From contig OX597820.1 in assembly GCA_951406725.2 (NCBI GenBank), positions 7,812,001-7,876,000 of the forward strand: a stretch of 64,000 nt of DNA, read 5' to 3'. Each line of letters opens with the position of its first letter. Within the stretch, counting starts at the first letter, position 1. Source of the DNA: Octopus vulgaris (taxonomy: Eukaryota). Below are positions 39,400 through 53,343 of the stretch, piece by piece. Below the pieces are notes generated by a model, which made no database searches, had not been told where the DNA came from, and saw only the letters and a program-made list of their open reading frames with translations. The translations under genes and the position numbers were made by a program.

Positions 39400-40135
39400 T
39401 GTAGTGAAATATGAGTTGATGTGGCTGCATGTTATGTTATCAAAAGAGTTCACACAGAGATGAAAGAATAAATACAAGATCAATACATTTACTACATAAA
39501 AATATATTTAATTCTTCTTTCGATGACAATACATAGAATCCAATTGTAGAAACTAGTTGAACGGAATAATCTGACGCAAGAAAGTGCAGAGATAACAAGT
39601 GTAGAACAACAGCAAAATGGTGGCTGTCGGTCTTGTCGGCTAAGCGTAGCAGCGACGTGAATGGCTTTAAGTCTAATCGACTAAGAAGCGAAAAGCTGGG
39701 TTAGCAAGCTGTTTTTATTAATGGAATGTTAGACATTCTAGAAACTTCTAAAAGAAACGCCAAGCTTTTTGAATAATTAAGAATTACGTTTCGTGACGTT
39801 GATGCTTCGAGACACTTAGAGAAGGGAGGTTACTCTATGATCTTGCTAGCAAGAAAAATCATTCAACTATCTATCTACCTATATCTACCTATTTCTTTAC
39901 TACCCACAAGGGGCTAAACACAGAGAGGACAAACAAGGACAGACAAACGGATTAAGTCGATTAGATCGACCCCAGTGCGTAAATGGTACTTATTTAATCG
40001 ACCCCGAAAGGATGAAAGGCAAAGTCGACCTCGGCGGAATTTGAACTCAGAACGTAGCGGCAGACGAAATACTGCTAAGCATTTCGCCCGGCGTGCTAAC
40101 GATTCTGCCAGCTCGCCTATCTATCTACCGCTACA
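39400..40135. mobile_element. Probable solo LTR (TG...CA) inserted in an old SINE A and carrying a younger SINE A
   Basis: Termini tgtagtg / cgctaca are inverted; old SINE A resumes after 40135; cgttc on both flanks (left copy offset by 2 nt). Confidence 0.5.
39880..40117 (-). mobile_element. SINE family A with TSD
   Basis: Flanked by ctatctatctacc at 39867-39879 and 40117-40129. Confidence 0.9.
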
Positions 40136-40449
40136 CGTTCGGTCACGCATGCTAACGATTCTCCCAGCTCTCCACTTAATGCTTCTATGTTATAAAAATA
40201 ACCACCCTAATATATGACAGCTATCATTTTATATAATGGGGAAGATTTCACATTGCACAAGTTGTCCATAAATTACCTTTACAATTGGAAAGCACTTCCA
40301 GGTAGGCTCCATTGGTTGCACGCATCTACGATACAATCGACTTTGGAGGTTGTCAAGATAATTGATGAACAGCCTGTATTTCTGTTTGGATGGAAATCGT
40401 TATGAATAGGAACAAAGTGAGTAATTTTGAGGGCAGGGCCTGAGTTGAT

Positions 40450-40730
40450 ATCACCGACCCTGTATTTGAGTAATACGTTAACGTCTACCCTCCGAAAGGA
40501 TGACAAGCAAAGTTGGCATCGATGGGATTTGAACTCAGAATGTAACGAGTCGATAACGTCGAGCATTTTTCTGAAGCTCAAACGAATCTTGTCATCTTGA
40601 GATGAAATTGGAGTTTGCTTTTCATTCGGAAGGATGAAAGGCAAACTCGACCTCGGAGAATTTGAACTCAGGAAAAATTCCACGAAGCATTTTTCCGGCG
40701 CTGTAACGATTCTGCCACCACGGCGCCACA
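40450..40730 (-). mobile_element. Two degenerate SINE A fragments
   Basis: gaaaggatga..atttgaactcag motifs occur twice. Confidence 0.65.
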
Positions 40731-41122
40731 ATTAATATTAATAATTGCAACACAGGATTTGATTAAGTAGTACCTCAACAAAAGATCAAGCAAAAGCGTA
40801 CCACACTGTCCGAACAGGGGCCCTGCTTAGGTGAAGCCTAAACCTACAGAAGACACCTTCAATTCTGCAACACAACTGAAACACGTGACTCTTTATGCGG
40901 AACACATGTCTAGTAAGCTTTCTACTTCATGAAATAACCCAGTCCTTACGGCGCGGCGTTTACATAAGCACCACTCAATAAAATAACACATTAGAGACAT
41001 CAGATACGATATAGCACAGTGGTAATTGAATGGAGGAGAGAAGAAAAAGAGATGAGAACGAAGGGAAGAAGCGGGAAGAAGCAGGAGGAGAAGAAATAGA
41101 GGGTACAGACGATAATGAAGGA

Positions 41123-41203
<81 letters not shown>

Positions 41204-41494
41204 GAAGGTAAATGTGAAGAAGACATTGAGTATGTTTGTTGATATTCAGTTTCGATAGGCTGAGATACGATCAGTGATATTTTCCGATGTTGCCAGATAA
41301 GAGAGCACTGATTGGCAGCCAGAGATCAGCTGATACATCGATATCTGATCTAGCCAATACTCAATTCCAGCACTTTATCAATAACTCACAATAATAACTC
41401 TAGCACTTCCTCTCCCTCCCTCACTTCCTCCCCCACCACCCATTCTCGAATGTCTCGGTCCTTCTCACCCAACACACACACATCTATTTACCAA

Positions 41495-41633
<139 letters not shown>

Positions 41634-41869
41634 GCACACACACATATTCACACATTCATATATAATACATATTTGCTTATGTATGTATGCATGTATATTT
41701 ATATACACACACATACATATATATATAGTATATTAGACATATTTGATATTTATACGTGTGTGTATGTATATATACATACGTATGTGTGTGTATGTGCGCA
41801 AGTGAATGTATATTGGTGTCTGTTACATAGTAGCGTTAGCGCTGTTCAATGTTAGCTGCAAATATTTCT

Positions 41870-41975
41870 TGGTGAAAGTACTCAATACAGGGACTGGAGT
41901 AAAATTCTTTATATGATACAAGAGTTGGTTGTGATTTCTAGTTTCACTTCACGCAAAATCTTCAGATGGCCTGAA
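41870..41975 (-). mobile_element. Degenerate PLE-like remnant with decayed HHR
   Basis: CTGAAGA..GAAAC on minus; shares the gtactcaatac..gagtaaaatt motif with the 28.6-kb and 45.7-kb copies. Confidence 0.5.
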
Positions 41976-42262
41976 TAAACATAGGGGATTAGCAGATCCG
42001 TTAGAACATCGAGCAAAATTCCTTGCACTATTTTTCCGGTTCACCCTGTTCCAAGTTGTCTAAATCTCTCTTTCGTCGTCCCAAATTACTAATTAAGTAC
42101 TACTGGTTACGTAACAGATAACACTGAGAGGGAAAAATGAAAATCTAAATAAATACCATAACTACACTACATGGGTATTGAATACGTTTTAACCAATGTC
42201 GTCTATTGGTAGAATTGTGTTTCTGTGTATTGTGAAGTCCTCGTCTACTTGATCGTCACAAA

Positions 42263-42470
42263 CTATATATATAGTTAATCCAAACAAGAAAACACAAAGA
42301 GAGGACGTGGAACAAGTATAGTGTTATTGGACGCTCAGGAAAGGAAAGAAAGAGGGGCGATTCAATGTTTCGAGCGGAGCTCTTCGTCAGAAACAGGAAA
42401 ATGAAAGATCCAAGGAAGGGAAGACGGAGGTAAAAAATCGCCAACGGTACACACGCGGTCACATTTTGAT
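42263..42470 (-). mobile_element. Family P1 HHR element, copy 2
   Basis: HHR 42360-42394 (gttt-CTGACGA-agagc tcc gctc-GAAAC-ATT-gaat); ends gtttggattaac|tatata. Confidence 0.8.
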
Positions 42471-42739
42471 TGACCCATATATATATATATATATATACAT
42501 GCACTCGGCCTCTGTCTTCCGGCCATTTTATCATGTTCAGCCGTTAATTTTTACACATTCGTTTTCTCTCTCCATTTTTTCGTTTTTCTTCTCAATCCTC
42601 TCTGTCAAAAAGAGCGTAGGCTCGAATCGTCAAAGACTTTTCCATTTTTTCCTAGCGTTAAACTACCACACCTGCTTGTTGTTCCTTCACCAGTCTTCGT
42701 TTTTTATTTTCTGCATAATAATAATAATAATTCGTGGAT

Positions 42740-43990
42740 GGAATTTTAAAATATCTTAATGCATCGTTACGCGCGTTTCCACAATTCACATGTTTCTTAC
42801 GATCATAGTTCATATTCCTCAGATGATTACAGTACAATCCGTTGCGTCCATGGAGATCGGGTGGATCATAGTTCCTGAGTTCATTTCAAGAGGCGAAATA
42901 TCATTAGAGTTGGAAGGAAGGAATGTATAACTGAAGCTTGTTTATCAATTTTCACGAATGAAAACGTTGATTGGGGTATGTGGGAAGTTCTGTATGTATT
43001 TGGTAGGGAGTAGTAGAAAGTTATGGAAAGCAGGAAAGGAATGGTAATGATAAAGGAGAGAGAGAGGTTTGTGGTGATGTTAGACTTGTTGTGACTTGTG
43101 TATACAGATGTTGGGATGGGCAGTAGAGTTCATTGTTTCACTTTAGTCTCAACAGACGCCTTTTTCAATGAATTTAGATGTGCTAAGGTCAGGATGAACA
43201 GCTTTTCTGTTGTTGAAGTTCGTAGTCTGAGTTGACAAATGGTGTTCTCTTAGAGTGTCCTTTTAATTACTTTCGGTGGTGCAATGATATGACATATAGC
43301 ACGGGGAAATAATGTTTTTTTTGTTTAGTTTATATATATTCTTCTCTCGTCCCATTAGAGGCTAATGACGGTTGTTTTTCTGTTTCAAAATGTTCTTTTC
43401 GAATTCTAAGAATGCTTTGCTTTTATGCTTACAAGATACAATTACTTCGGAATGCCTATTATGTTTTCTCTGCTTGTAAAGATCTCCAGGGTTTCCTCCT
43501 GTACATAAGTTGCACACCCACGATGTTTTATTCTATTCTATGCTGCAGCGCTTTTCATTATAGGCCAGTTGGTGGTATGTTCCACCCATATTCTGTATGA
43601 ACTTCCAGATGAGGTTAGATAATGATGTGGAGTGCCTTTTGTTTACATTGCAAAATGACGTAAGTCGGTTGCGCAGACGATTTTCATAGTGTCTCCGGTT
43701 CTGACAATGTACACGTTTTTGTGTGCCCTTCTTCATTTCAAATTTGTAAACCACATTCTTTACAATGCAGTTGTTAAATTTGCATTTATTTTTCCGCCTG
43801 CAGCTGGTTTTATAAGCGGAGTTTTTATTAGTGGTCACATTTGTTCTTCCACTTCTAACAGTGTTCTCATTTTCATTAGGTATGGATTGCATTGTCAATT
43901 GTAAGGCGCTGTTAGGACCCGTTTTTGTTATGGGTAAACTCTTACCATTCTTATTTCCAACCCTTCCATCGTTGTTCATTTTGTTTTGAT
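42740..43990 (-). mobile_element. Penelope-like element 3' fragment: decayed GIY-YIG endonuclease, 3' UTR and HHR
   Basis: CRRKNKCKFNNCIVKNVVYK...RLRNRLTSF..KRHSTSLSNLIWK, then WPIMKSAA..CNLC..NRHSEVIVSCKHKSKAFL across frameshifts. HHR 42763-42827 (atcat-CTGAGGA...GAAAC-GCGC-GTA-acgat). Confidence 0.8.
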
Positions 43991-44326
43991 ACATATATAT
44001 ATACATATTTTTTCAAATATGAATTAGAAGCATTTCAGGGTATATAAACAAAATTGAACACACATACACACGGTATGTTAGTTGTTAACTTGTGGGTCGG
44101 CTGCGGTTTTTAGGTGCAAGACAATATATTCTCAATGTGCCTGGTGCAAACAAAAACACCTAAAAGTCACAGTGAAGCGAGACAACACACATCATGTCCT
44201 TTCTCGAAGAGACTCACATCGATTTTTTTCGTCATTGTTTTGACTTATTAATGTTGCATGCCGAATACTGCATGTTCGGTATGCAGCATTGATAAGTCAA
44301 TGTGTATGTGTCCGCGCGTGCGCCTT

Positions 44327-44366
<40 letters not shown>

Positions 44367-44657
44367 AATTATATACGTTTTTATTATTTTTTGGCAATTT
44401 ACTTAATCATCGTTATATTATTGTTATTTTAATTTTAATATTTCTATTATATGTCATTTTCTAGATGATGTATTTAATTGTTCATTTTGAATTGATAAAA
44501 GGTGTTTTTTTCTAATTTATATACATATATATATATACATATATTATATATTATATTGTGTGAAATTTGATTTAGTATTTCTCAATTGAATTTTTCCCTG
44601 TAAGTTAGGATTAATATTCCTATATTCTCAAATAATAATAATAATAATAATTATTAT

Positions 44658-44747
<90 letters not shown>

Positions 44748-44887
44748 GAAATACTTCATCTTCGGTAGAGGAAATTTCACGCAATCTCTACGCTTTTTAA
44801 GATCACGTAGAACAGCGTGCAACAAACTAGGAAGTCCAAATATTAACAGAAAGAAGGCTTACATGACCGTAGCTGAACAGTATGCAG

Positions 44888-44974
<87 letters not shown>

Positions 44975-45046
44975 ATGTTAAATAAAATGAGGCAACAAAA
45001 CAAGGCAGTGTGACATTTCTAGGACATTTTATAAAGAGAAGGGTAG

Positions 45047-45092
45047 CCTTACAGCTGTTTCGGGGATATAAAAAATATCCCATCTTCAGAGA
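45047..45092 (-). ncRNA. Type I HHR motif in a PLE-like remnant (about 44980-45240)
   Basis: tct-CTGAAGA-tgggatat..atatcccc-GAAAC-AGCT-GTA-agg; stem II related to that of the 37937 motif. Confidence 0.8.
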
Positions 45093-45647
45093 CGATATGA
45101 GAGAGTTAAATAGAAAGAAATAGTAGACTTCAATATAAGACGTTATTTTGGAAAAGGAGAGATATAGGAAGTATGAAGGGAAATATAAGAACAAGAATAA
45201 TAAATAATAACAAAAATAATAAAAACGTGTTGGATGTTAAACTTACTGTTCCATTATCCAAGGAATCTGTTGGTTCTAGAAATTTCACACAGCTTTGGCT
45301 TTTGTCGTCTTATTCTATTTACCCTATACACGCTCACACACGACCCGCAAAAGTACTGAAAAATAGGTTTTACGGAGTAGTTACATATCAAAACAGAAAA
45401 TTGGGGAAATGTATATATTCACACACACACACGCACACACAACTATGCATACATGCGTACAAATATATTAAACGTCAGGGTTCAATATGCGTGTTTACAT
45501 ATAGTGAGAGATGCGTGGCTTTGGAAAGTTTTAACTTTTCTTTCTAGCAAAACTGGTACATATTGTACACCCTGACTTTTAACATATATATTTTGCTTAT
45601 TTGGTTATGATTGCTGGCCACCTTATCATTATTTTTACGAATTCTGC

Positions 45648-45711
<64 letters not shown>

Positions 45712-45712
<1 letters not shown>

Positions 45713-45909
45713 CCGGAGTAAACACATAAATGTGAAACAAGGTGGAAAAAAGAGTACTCAAATACCAGGGGTAGAGTAATATGCTTTATTTAAAAGCAGC
45801 AGAAATTCAACAAAACCTGTAACTCTGAGTTTCACGTTCCCGTTCGTCGGACGGGAACGTGAAACTCAGAGTTACAGGTTTTGTTGAATTTCTGCTGCTT
45901 TTAAATAAA

Positions 45910-45910
<1 letters not shown>
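45712..45910 (-). mobile_element. PLE-like remnant with perfect 60-bp-arm fold-back and truncated HHR, inside (TA)n
   Basis: Arms 45784-45843 and 45851-45910; minus strand CCGACGA-acg ggaa cgt-GAAACTCAGAGTT. Confidence 0.8.
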
Positions 45911-45977
<67 letters not shown>

Positions 45978-46222
45978 CATTCAGACACACTGTGGACTTT
46001 ATATTTATATACGATATGAAATGGTATGTTATACCATACACTCTTCTCCATTCTATATATTACCTATATAGTCCCATCTCTATATTACCTTCTCTCCAAT
46101 CTGTTTACAGTGGTTTGCTATGTTATATTTTGCTTTACTCTCTTCATCACAATGAAATCTCCAAAATATTTCTTATACCAAAGTATTCTTACGTATCACG
46201 TTTCCTCTTCGTTTTTTCCCTC

Positions 46223-46253
<31 letters not shown>

Positions 46254-46471
46254 ACACTCTCTGTCTATCTATTTATCTACCTATCTCTCTAGCACTCTTG
46301 CCTGCCTCTCACTCTCATTTCCCCTCTCTGCCACTCCATGTCTAATGTCATTATCTACACATACCTGTATACTCATGCGAGCGTGCCCGCATACATTTTC
46401 TTGTTAGCATTGTAAATTTTGGCACCTCATAGAGACTGGTTATTTCATCCCGGAGAAATATACTTACCTAA

Positions 46472-46907
<436 letters not shown>

Positions 46908-47660
46908 AATATAAGCATATGTAAATATATATTGTCACTAAACGATCTCCCTAACTATATTATGCTAGGCCAGTAGTTCAATGGGCAGCACCGATATGTT
47001 CACCATTCACCGCCGCTCAGTATTCTCTATTCTAGCAAAGATGTCGGCCATGTTATATGGACAAGCTATCTGCCGTTAGCTCGCTGATACGTTCAAGTGA
47101 TAAGCGATAATTTCGACATGGCGTTGCTGACAGCCATGTTGACTTATCTGTTCCGATAATGGGATTGAGCTGTAAATCTTCGGCAAGAATCTAGTTTGCT
47201 CGCTCTCAAGTAGTCCCAACTGGCAGAAGTGCTGTCTACAACGAAACACAATTTCTCTTCGCCATTTCTATTTATTTCGCATATCTTTTTATACAAGATT
47301 TTTTTTTCCTGTCTTATCGCCAGTGCGTATGTATGTGTGCGCACGCGTATGTATGTATGTGTGCGCACACGTATGTGTGGCCGTGTGTGTATGTATGTGG
47401 ACAAGTGTATTTTTTGCCGTCATTTTTTTATACCCCGTTAAACAAATTTAAACTAACTAGCATGTATATATATTTATGTACAGGAATGTATATTTATACA
47501 TACACACACAAATATATACATATACACATGTCTATGTATGAGAGTATGAATATAAAAGTATAATTATATATGCACACGCACTCTCACACACAAACACATA
47601 GGCACACATATATATATGTGTATGTGTATGTATATTTGTATGTGTATATATGTGTATTTA

Positions 47661-47713
<53 letters not shown>

Positions 47714-47957
47714 CCGTATGTACGAAGGAATAACTATATATGAATATAATTATACACCTACAGACATGGCCAATTAATTCACTTCATCATACACACACAC
47801 ACACGAATTCATGCGTGTATGCGTGTGTTTATCTGTATGTACATAAATTAATGCATATACATATACATGTATTTATTAATATATACGTATATATGCACAA
47901 ATACACATACACACACACAGAACAGTTTATAATACGGTGCATAAATATATAAACATA

Positions 47958-48000
<43 letters not shown>

Positions 48001-48344
48001 TGAAGGAAGAGTTCATATATAAGTGTTTATATATATATATATGTATGTATACAAATTTCTGTAAGAAGAAATATATTATGTATATAGATAGATAGATATA
48101 CGTGTGTGTGTGTGTGTGTGTACGCGCACACGCACACACACACGCACACACGCACGCAAACACATAAATAAAACCACACATATACATCTGCATCTACATA
48201 TATCATTTGGTCGCACATAAATCTCGATGGAAAGTTTTGATTCATCTCCGTAAAACATTTAATCACCGAGAGTGCACAACGACCGAATCAGTAGTCGGTA
48301 CTATATCTTTATGTAAATTTATCAAACAGGAATAGCAAACCTCC

Positions 48345-49318
48345 ACTATATTACATAGTTTGGCATCAAGAACAAATCCCAGCAGAATGGAATAAGAGCT
48401 ACCTGTTTAAGGTACCTAAGAAAGGTGACTTGATCGTCTACAACAAATGGCGACCAATCATACTACTGTCCGTCTCCAGTAAGGTGTGGTTAGAGTTACA
48501 GTGGGGCGGTTGAAGGGAGCGGAGAATGATATGTTGATGTTCGATCGGGTAGAATTCCGCCAGGATAAGTCCTGCGTAGACCATATAGCCACCTTACACA
48601 TCATCGTTAAGCATTCGTTTGAGCAGCAGCGCCCACTTTTCACCGCCTTCGTTGATTCCGCGAAGGCCGTCTACAGTGTGGACAGAGGTGCCATCTGGAG
48701 GTTGATTCAGCATTATGGTAATCCACCGAAAATTATCAGCGTCATCCTATAGTTTTATCGTAGTGCTACTTTCCATATCATCCACAATGGCCAACTAACA
48801 AACTCTTTCACAGCTGTAACTGGTGTAAGACAAGGTTACCTACTGTCACCAATAATATTTTTGCGAGTAATCGATTGGATTATGATTGAGATAACATCAG
48901 GAAGTGACACTAGGATCAGATGAACAACGTTGAAGCAACCGGAAGATCGCTGTTATGCAGATGATATAGGACACTGCTAACGTATAACCACCGGGAAATA
49001 CAGTCCAAGGTCATAAAGTTAGGTGGAGAGGCAATGAAAACGGGCTTGTGGGTGGACCAGAACAAGACGGAAGATTTAAGGTTGAACACTTGTCACCAAG
49101 AACCAATTCGAATTGGCGCTGGATCCCTTCCGGAGAACGAAAGGCATGCGAATCTTGGCAGCATCGTCTCAAAAGTGGGTGGAACAGAGGCGGATGTGAG
49201 ATCCAAGATCGGCAAGGCCTCGTTTCCTTCCAACAGTCTTCCACCGATTTGAAAGTTCAAAGTCATCGCATTTAAAACGAAACTCTTCGTCTTCAATTCT
49301 AATGTCAAGATCGTTCTT
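48345..49318 (+). mobile_element. RTE-clade LINE reverse transcriptase remnant (stops and frameshifts)
   Basis: IPAEW..VPKKGDL..WRPIILLS..FRQDKSCVDHIATL..FVDSAKAVYSVDR..GVRQGYLLSPIIF..YADDI..DVRSKIGKA. Confidence 0.88.
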
Positions 49319-49640
49319 CTTGACTGCGGCCATGCAGGGGCATCGCTTTGAAAATTTTCAATCTAATGAATTGTCCCTAGTACTTATTTATTAAGCCTGA
49401 TACTTATGTCGATTTTTTTCCGAACCGCTAAGTCACGGGGATATAAAAACACCAAAACCGGTTATCAAGCGGTGATGGGGGATAAACACAAAGACAAAAA
49501 TACACTCAAAGATAATATATATTTATACGACGGGCTTCGTTCGGTTTCCGACTATCAAATCCACTCACAAGACTTTGGTCGGACCGAGGCTATAGTAGAA
49601 AACACTTGCCCAAGGAGTCACGCAATGGGACTGAACTATG
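49319..49640 (-). mobile_element. SINE family B, diverged
   Basis: Reverse complement of family B; truncates the RTE remnant. Confidence 0.8.
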
Positions 49641-50647
49641 GGAACTGCTAGAAGCAAGGCTCATTACATTGTATACGTTACTACCAACTTAACTATTTTC
49701 TTTACATCCTGATGGTGTTCCTGAGTTACTTCAATGTAGTTGGCTTAGAGTTGAGGGTGAAATGCCTTGTAGTATTTGTTCTGGTTCTTTACATTCTGAG
49801 TTCGAATCCCACCAACATCGACTTAACCGTTCATCCTTCCAGGGGTCAATAAAATCAGATACCAGTCATGTAATGATGTCGATTTAATCCATTAGTCTTT
49901 TCTCTCGAATTATATCGTTATAGCAATGTAAGATATTTGCACATTACGACACCTTATGTCCTAAGTTCAAATAACGACGGAGTCAAATTCACCTCCCATT
50001 CTTCGGGTGTCGTTAAAATAAAATACCAGTTATTCACTGGGGATGAAACAACCAGCTGGGACCCTTTTGTGCATGGTCATTGCCACATAATCAAACGCAT
50101 AGCCATGTGGCAATGTTTAACCCCATATCTGCCTCTCTTGCTGTTTATCTCGCTCCTCTGCTTAGTTCAAACGATTGTTCCATCGGACATTGGAACCCTA
50201 TAACCGTAAGGGCTTCAACGTCCCGAGTCCGAGCACGAAAGTCCAATACAGGAGGATGCAAATCGAACTCAGAACCTCAACACCCGCAATAGATAATACA
50301 ATGCGACTCATGCAACATTCTAGCAGTTATAGGAAGATTTCGGGTGGCAGCGGTGGTGGTGGTGGTCATGTGCGATGGCCGAACACCATTCAGTTTGTCT
50401 GGACACGTATTTGCTTGACCATAAACTCAGTGGAATCATCCTTAATTTCTCTTTAGAATGAAATACTTGAGAAACTATTATTTGACTTGGGTGTAAAATT
50501 AATGTTGTCAAACCTTAATGCAATAGTCACTTTTACCACCATCGCGATTATTAACACCCTCATCAACACCCGCTACCACCACCACCAACACCACTTCTAG
50601 CATCACCTTTATCGTTAACCACCACCACCACCACCACTACCACCAAC

Positions 50648-51030
50648 GTGGAGGCGCAATGACCCAGTGGTTAGGGCAGCAGACTCGCTTTCGGAAGATC
50701 GCGGTTTCGATTGCCAGACCGGGCGTTGTGCGTGTTTATTGAGCGAAAACACCTAAAGCTCCATGAGGCTCCGGCAGGGGGGGCGACCCCTGTTGTACTC
50801 TTTCGCTCCAACTTTCTTTCACTCTTTCTTCCTGTTTCTTGTTCCCGACTTCCTACGCAACCACTGAGCCTAGATGTGCATTCATCCATCCGTCGATGCT
50901 CTCGGTGTCGAGGGTGTACCTGCTTTCTCTTCTGCGGGTCTTACGAATAGCAAAGGACCACGTTTCGGACTTCTCCCATCTTGCGAGCTCTGGGACGAAG
51001 ACCGCTTCGCTCAACAAACAAACAAACCAC
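50648..51030 (+). mobile_element. SINE family C head with a third tail type and (CAAA)n end
   Basis: Head as other family C copies; tail after 50838 matches neither tail 1 nor tail 2. Confidence 0.85.
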
Positions 51031-51089
51031 CACCAGTGCATTATCAGCATCAGTGCTGGTACTGCTAGTTCTGCTACAACAAAAATAAT

Positions 51090-51472
51090 AATTCTTTCTG
51101 ATATAGACACAAGGCCTGAAAATTAGCAGAGTGGTTAACCGATTCCGTCGACCCTAGTACTTAACTGGTACTTATTTTATAGACCCCCGAAGGATGAAAG
51201 ACAAATCATTTTGTCCGGCGCGCTAACAATCCAGCCATTCGCCGTATTAATGGTAATAATAATGGCTTCAAACTTTGGTGTAAGGTCAACAATTTCGAGA
51301 AAGTGGCTAAGTCGATTATATCGACCCCAGTCTTCAACTGGTACTTATCTTATCAACCCTGACATGACGAAAAGCAAAGTTAACCTCGGCAAACTTTGAA
51401 CTCAGAACGTAAAGACGGACGAAATGCTTCTCGACAATTTTTCCGGCGTGTTAACGACTCTACCAGCACACC
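51090..51472 (-). mobile_element. Two degenerate SINE A-related copies
   Basis: ctggtacttat..gaccc..gaaag motifs occur twice. Confidence 0.6.
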
Positions 51473-51473
51473 G

Positions 51474-51619
<146 letters not shown>

Positions 51620-51730
51620 CTTTGCACAGCTTCTAACGCTGGAGATGTACTATGGTGTCAGCTGTTCACTACCAGTGTACTAAGGTAACACCCCTTATTT
51701 TTCGAGCACCATTCGGAGTATTCGCGCGGT
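51620..51730 (-). mobile_element. R4/Dong-like extreme 3' end in (ATT)n
   Basis: Minus strand ARILRMVLEK* plus UTR gtgttaccttag..gtgaacagctgacac shared with 52450-52490. Confidence 0.7.
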
Positions 51731-51749
51731 TATTATTAAGAATAATAAT

Positions 51750-52530
51750 AGACAGAAGCACTCATTTGGGAAGCTCAAAGAGACAGAGGCACTCATATGC
51801 GCAGCTCAGGAACAAGCGTTAAGGACCAACTATATGAAGTGCAGAATGGATAACACTACCGATAGCAACAAATGCAGGTGGGAGGGGTGAAATGGTATGG
51901 CACATCGTTAGCGAATGCCCGAAAGTGGCACAACGAGAATACAAAAGTCATCATGGTAATGTCGCAAGAATAATCCATTGGGAGCTCTGTGCAAATCACG
52001 GCCTATAAAGAGCAAAGACGTGGTATGAGAAAACCTCAATAGAGGTTACCGAAAATGAAAGTTGCAAAATCCTGTGGGATGCAATGATCCAGTGCGATCA
52101 CCCGATCACTCGACCAGACATTGGAAACCGGACATTGTTGTGGTGAATAAAAAAAAAAGAACATGTATGACAATCGACGTAGGATGCCCCGGTAACAACG
52201 AGATCAATGTGAAAGAAGAAAAGATAAACAACTATGACGATTTGAAGTGGGGAAATACGAAGGTTGTGGTCAATGAGGAGATTAGATGTGGTACCAATAG
52301 TAATTGGTGCACTTGGAAATATCAGCACTCAACTACAGACATGGCTGAAAAAGATTGGTGCAAGTGTGAAGGGAGAACACCTACAAAAATCAGCATTGCT
52401 TGGAACTGCAAGAATTCTTCGCAGGGTTCTTGAAGCATGACCAGTAAACAAGTGTCACCTTAGTCTCCTGGCTGTGAACAGCTGACACTTTCCATCATAT
52501 CCAACAAAATAAGCTGTGAGTTTTCATCTT
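51750..52530 (+). mobile_element. R4/Dong-like LINE 3' fragment followed by (AAT)n
   Basis: EALICAAQEQALRTNY..HIVSECPKVAQREYK..IIHWELC..KILWD..KPDIVVV..IDVGCP..VPIVIGALG..LLGTARILRRVL. Confidence 0.88.
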
Positions 52531-52532
52531 AT

Positions 52533-52622
<90 letters not shown>

Positions 52623-52624
52623 CC

Positions 52625-52830
52625 CTTCTACTATAGGCACAAGGCATGCAATTTGTGGGGAGGGGGACAATCCATTACATCAACCCCAGTGTTTTGCTGG
52701 TACTTAATTTATCGACCCCGCAAAGATGAAAGGCAAAATTTGGCAGAATTTGAACTCAGAAAGTAGCGACAGACCAAATGCTGCTAAGCATTTTGCCTGG
52801 CGTGCTAACGATTCTGTCATCTCATCACCT
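52625..52830 (-). mobile_element. SINE A-related copy
   Basis: ggtacttaatttatcgacccc..gaatttgaactcag..gcgtgctaacgattct. Confidence 0.7.
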
Positions 52831-52870
52831 TAATAATGATGATGATGATGATGATGATAATAATAATAAT

Positions 52871-53296
52871 CAGGTGCTGGAGCATAACAGACCGGACCTA
52901 GTGGTGGTGGACAAGGTGCACCACATATACTATACAGTTGATGTTGCATGCCCCCTTGACCCACGAATAGGTAGGCGAAAAGATAGATAGATACAACCCT
53001 CTTAAGTACGAAATAGCTGGGCTATGGAAAATAAAGAAGGTGTAGATAGTGCCAATTATTGTTGGGTCCTTGAGGACTGTATCTGAAGGCATCAAGGGGA
53101 ATATAAAAGAAATTGGTATAGAGTGCCCATGAGAATTATCACAAAAGGCTTGCCTCCTTGGCACAGCCAGAATAATCAGGAAAGTATTAGGTAGTTGAAA
53201 AGAACAAACAGCATGGTACCGAAGACTGCAGGTAGTAAACCCGCTACGCATGCAAGATTCCAGGAGCTCCAACAAAATCTAAAATAAAGAGAAAAA

Positions 53297-53297
<1 letters not shown>
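52871..53297 (+). mobile_element. R4/Dong-like LINE 3' fragment flanked by (AAT)n on both sides
   Basis: Near-identical to the reverse complement of 5281-5700. Confidence 0.88.
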
Positions 53298-53343
<46 letters not shown>

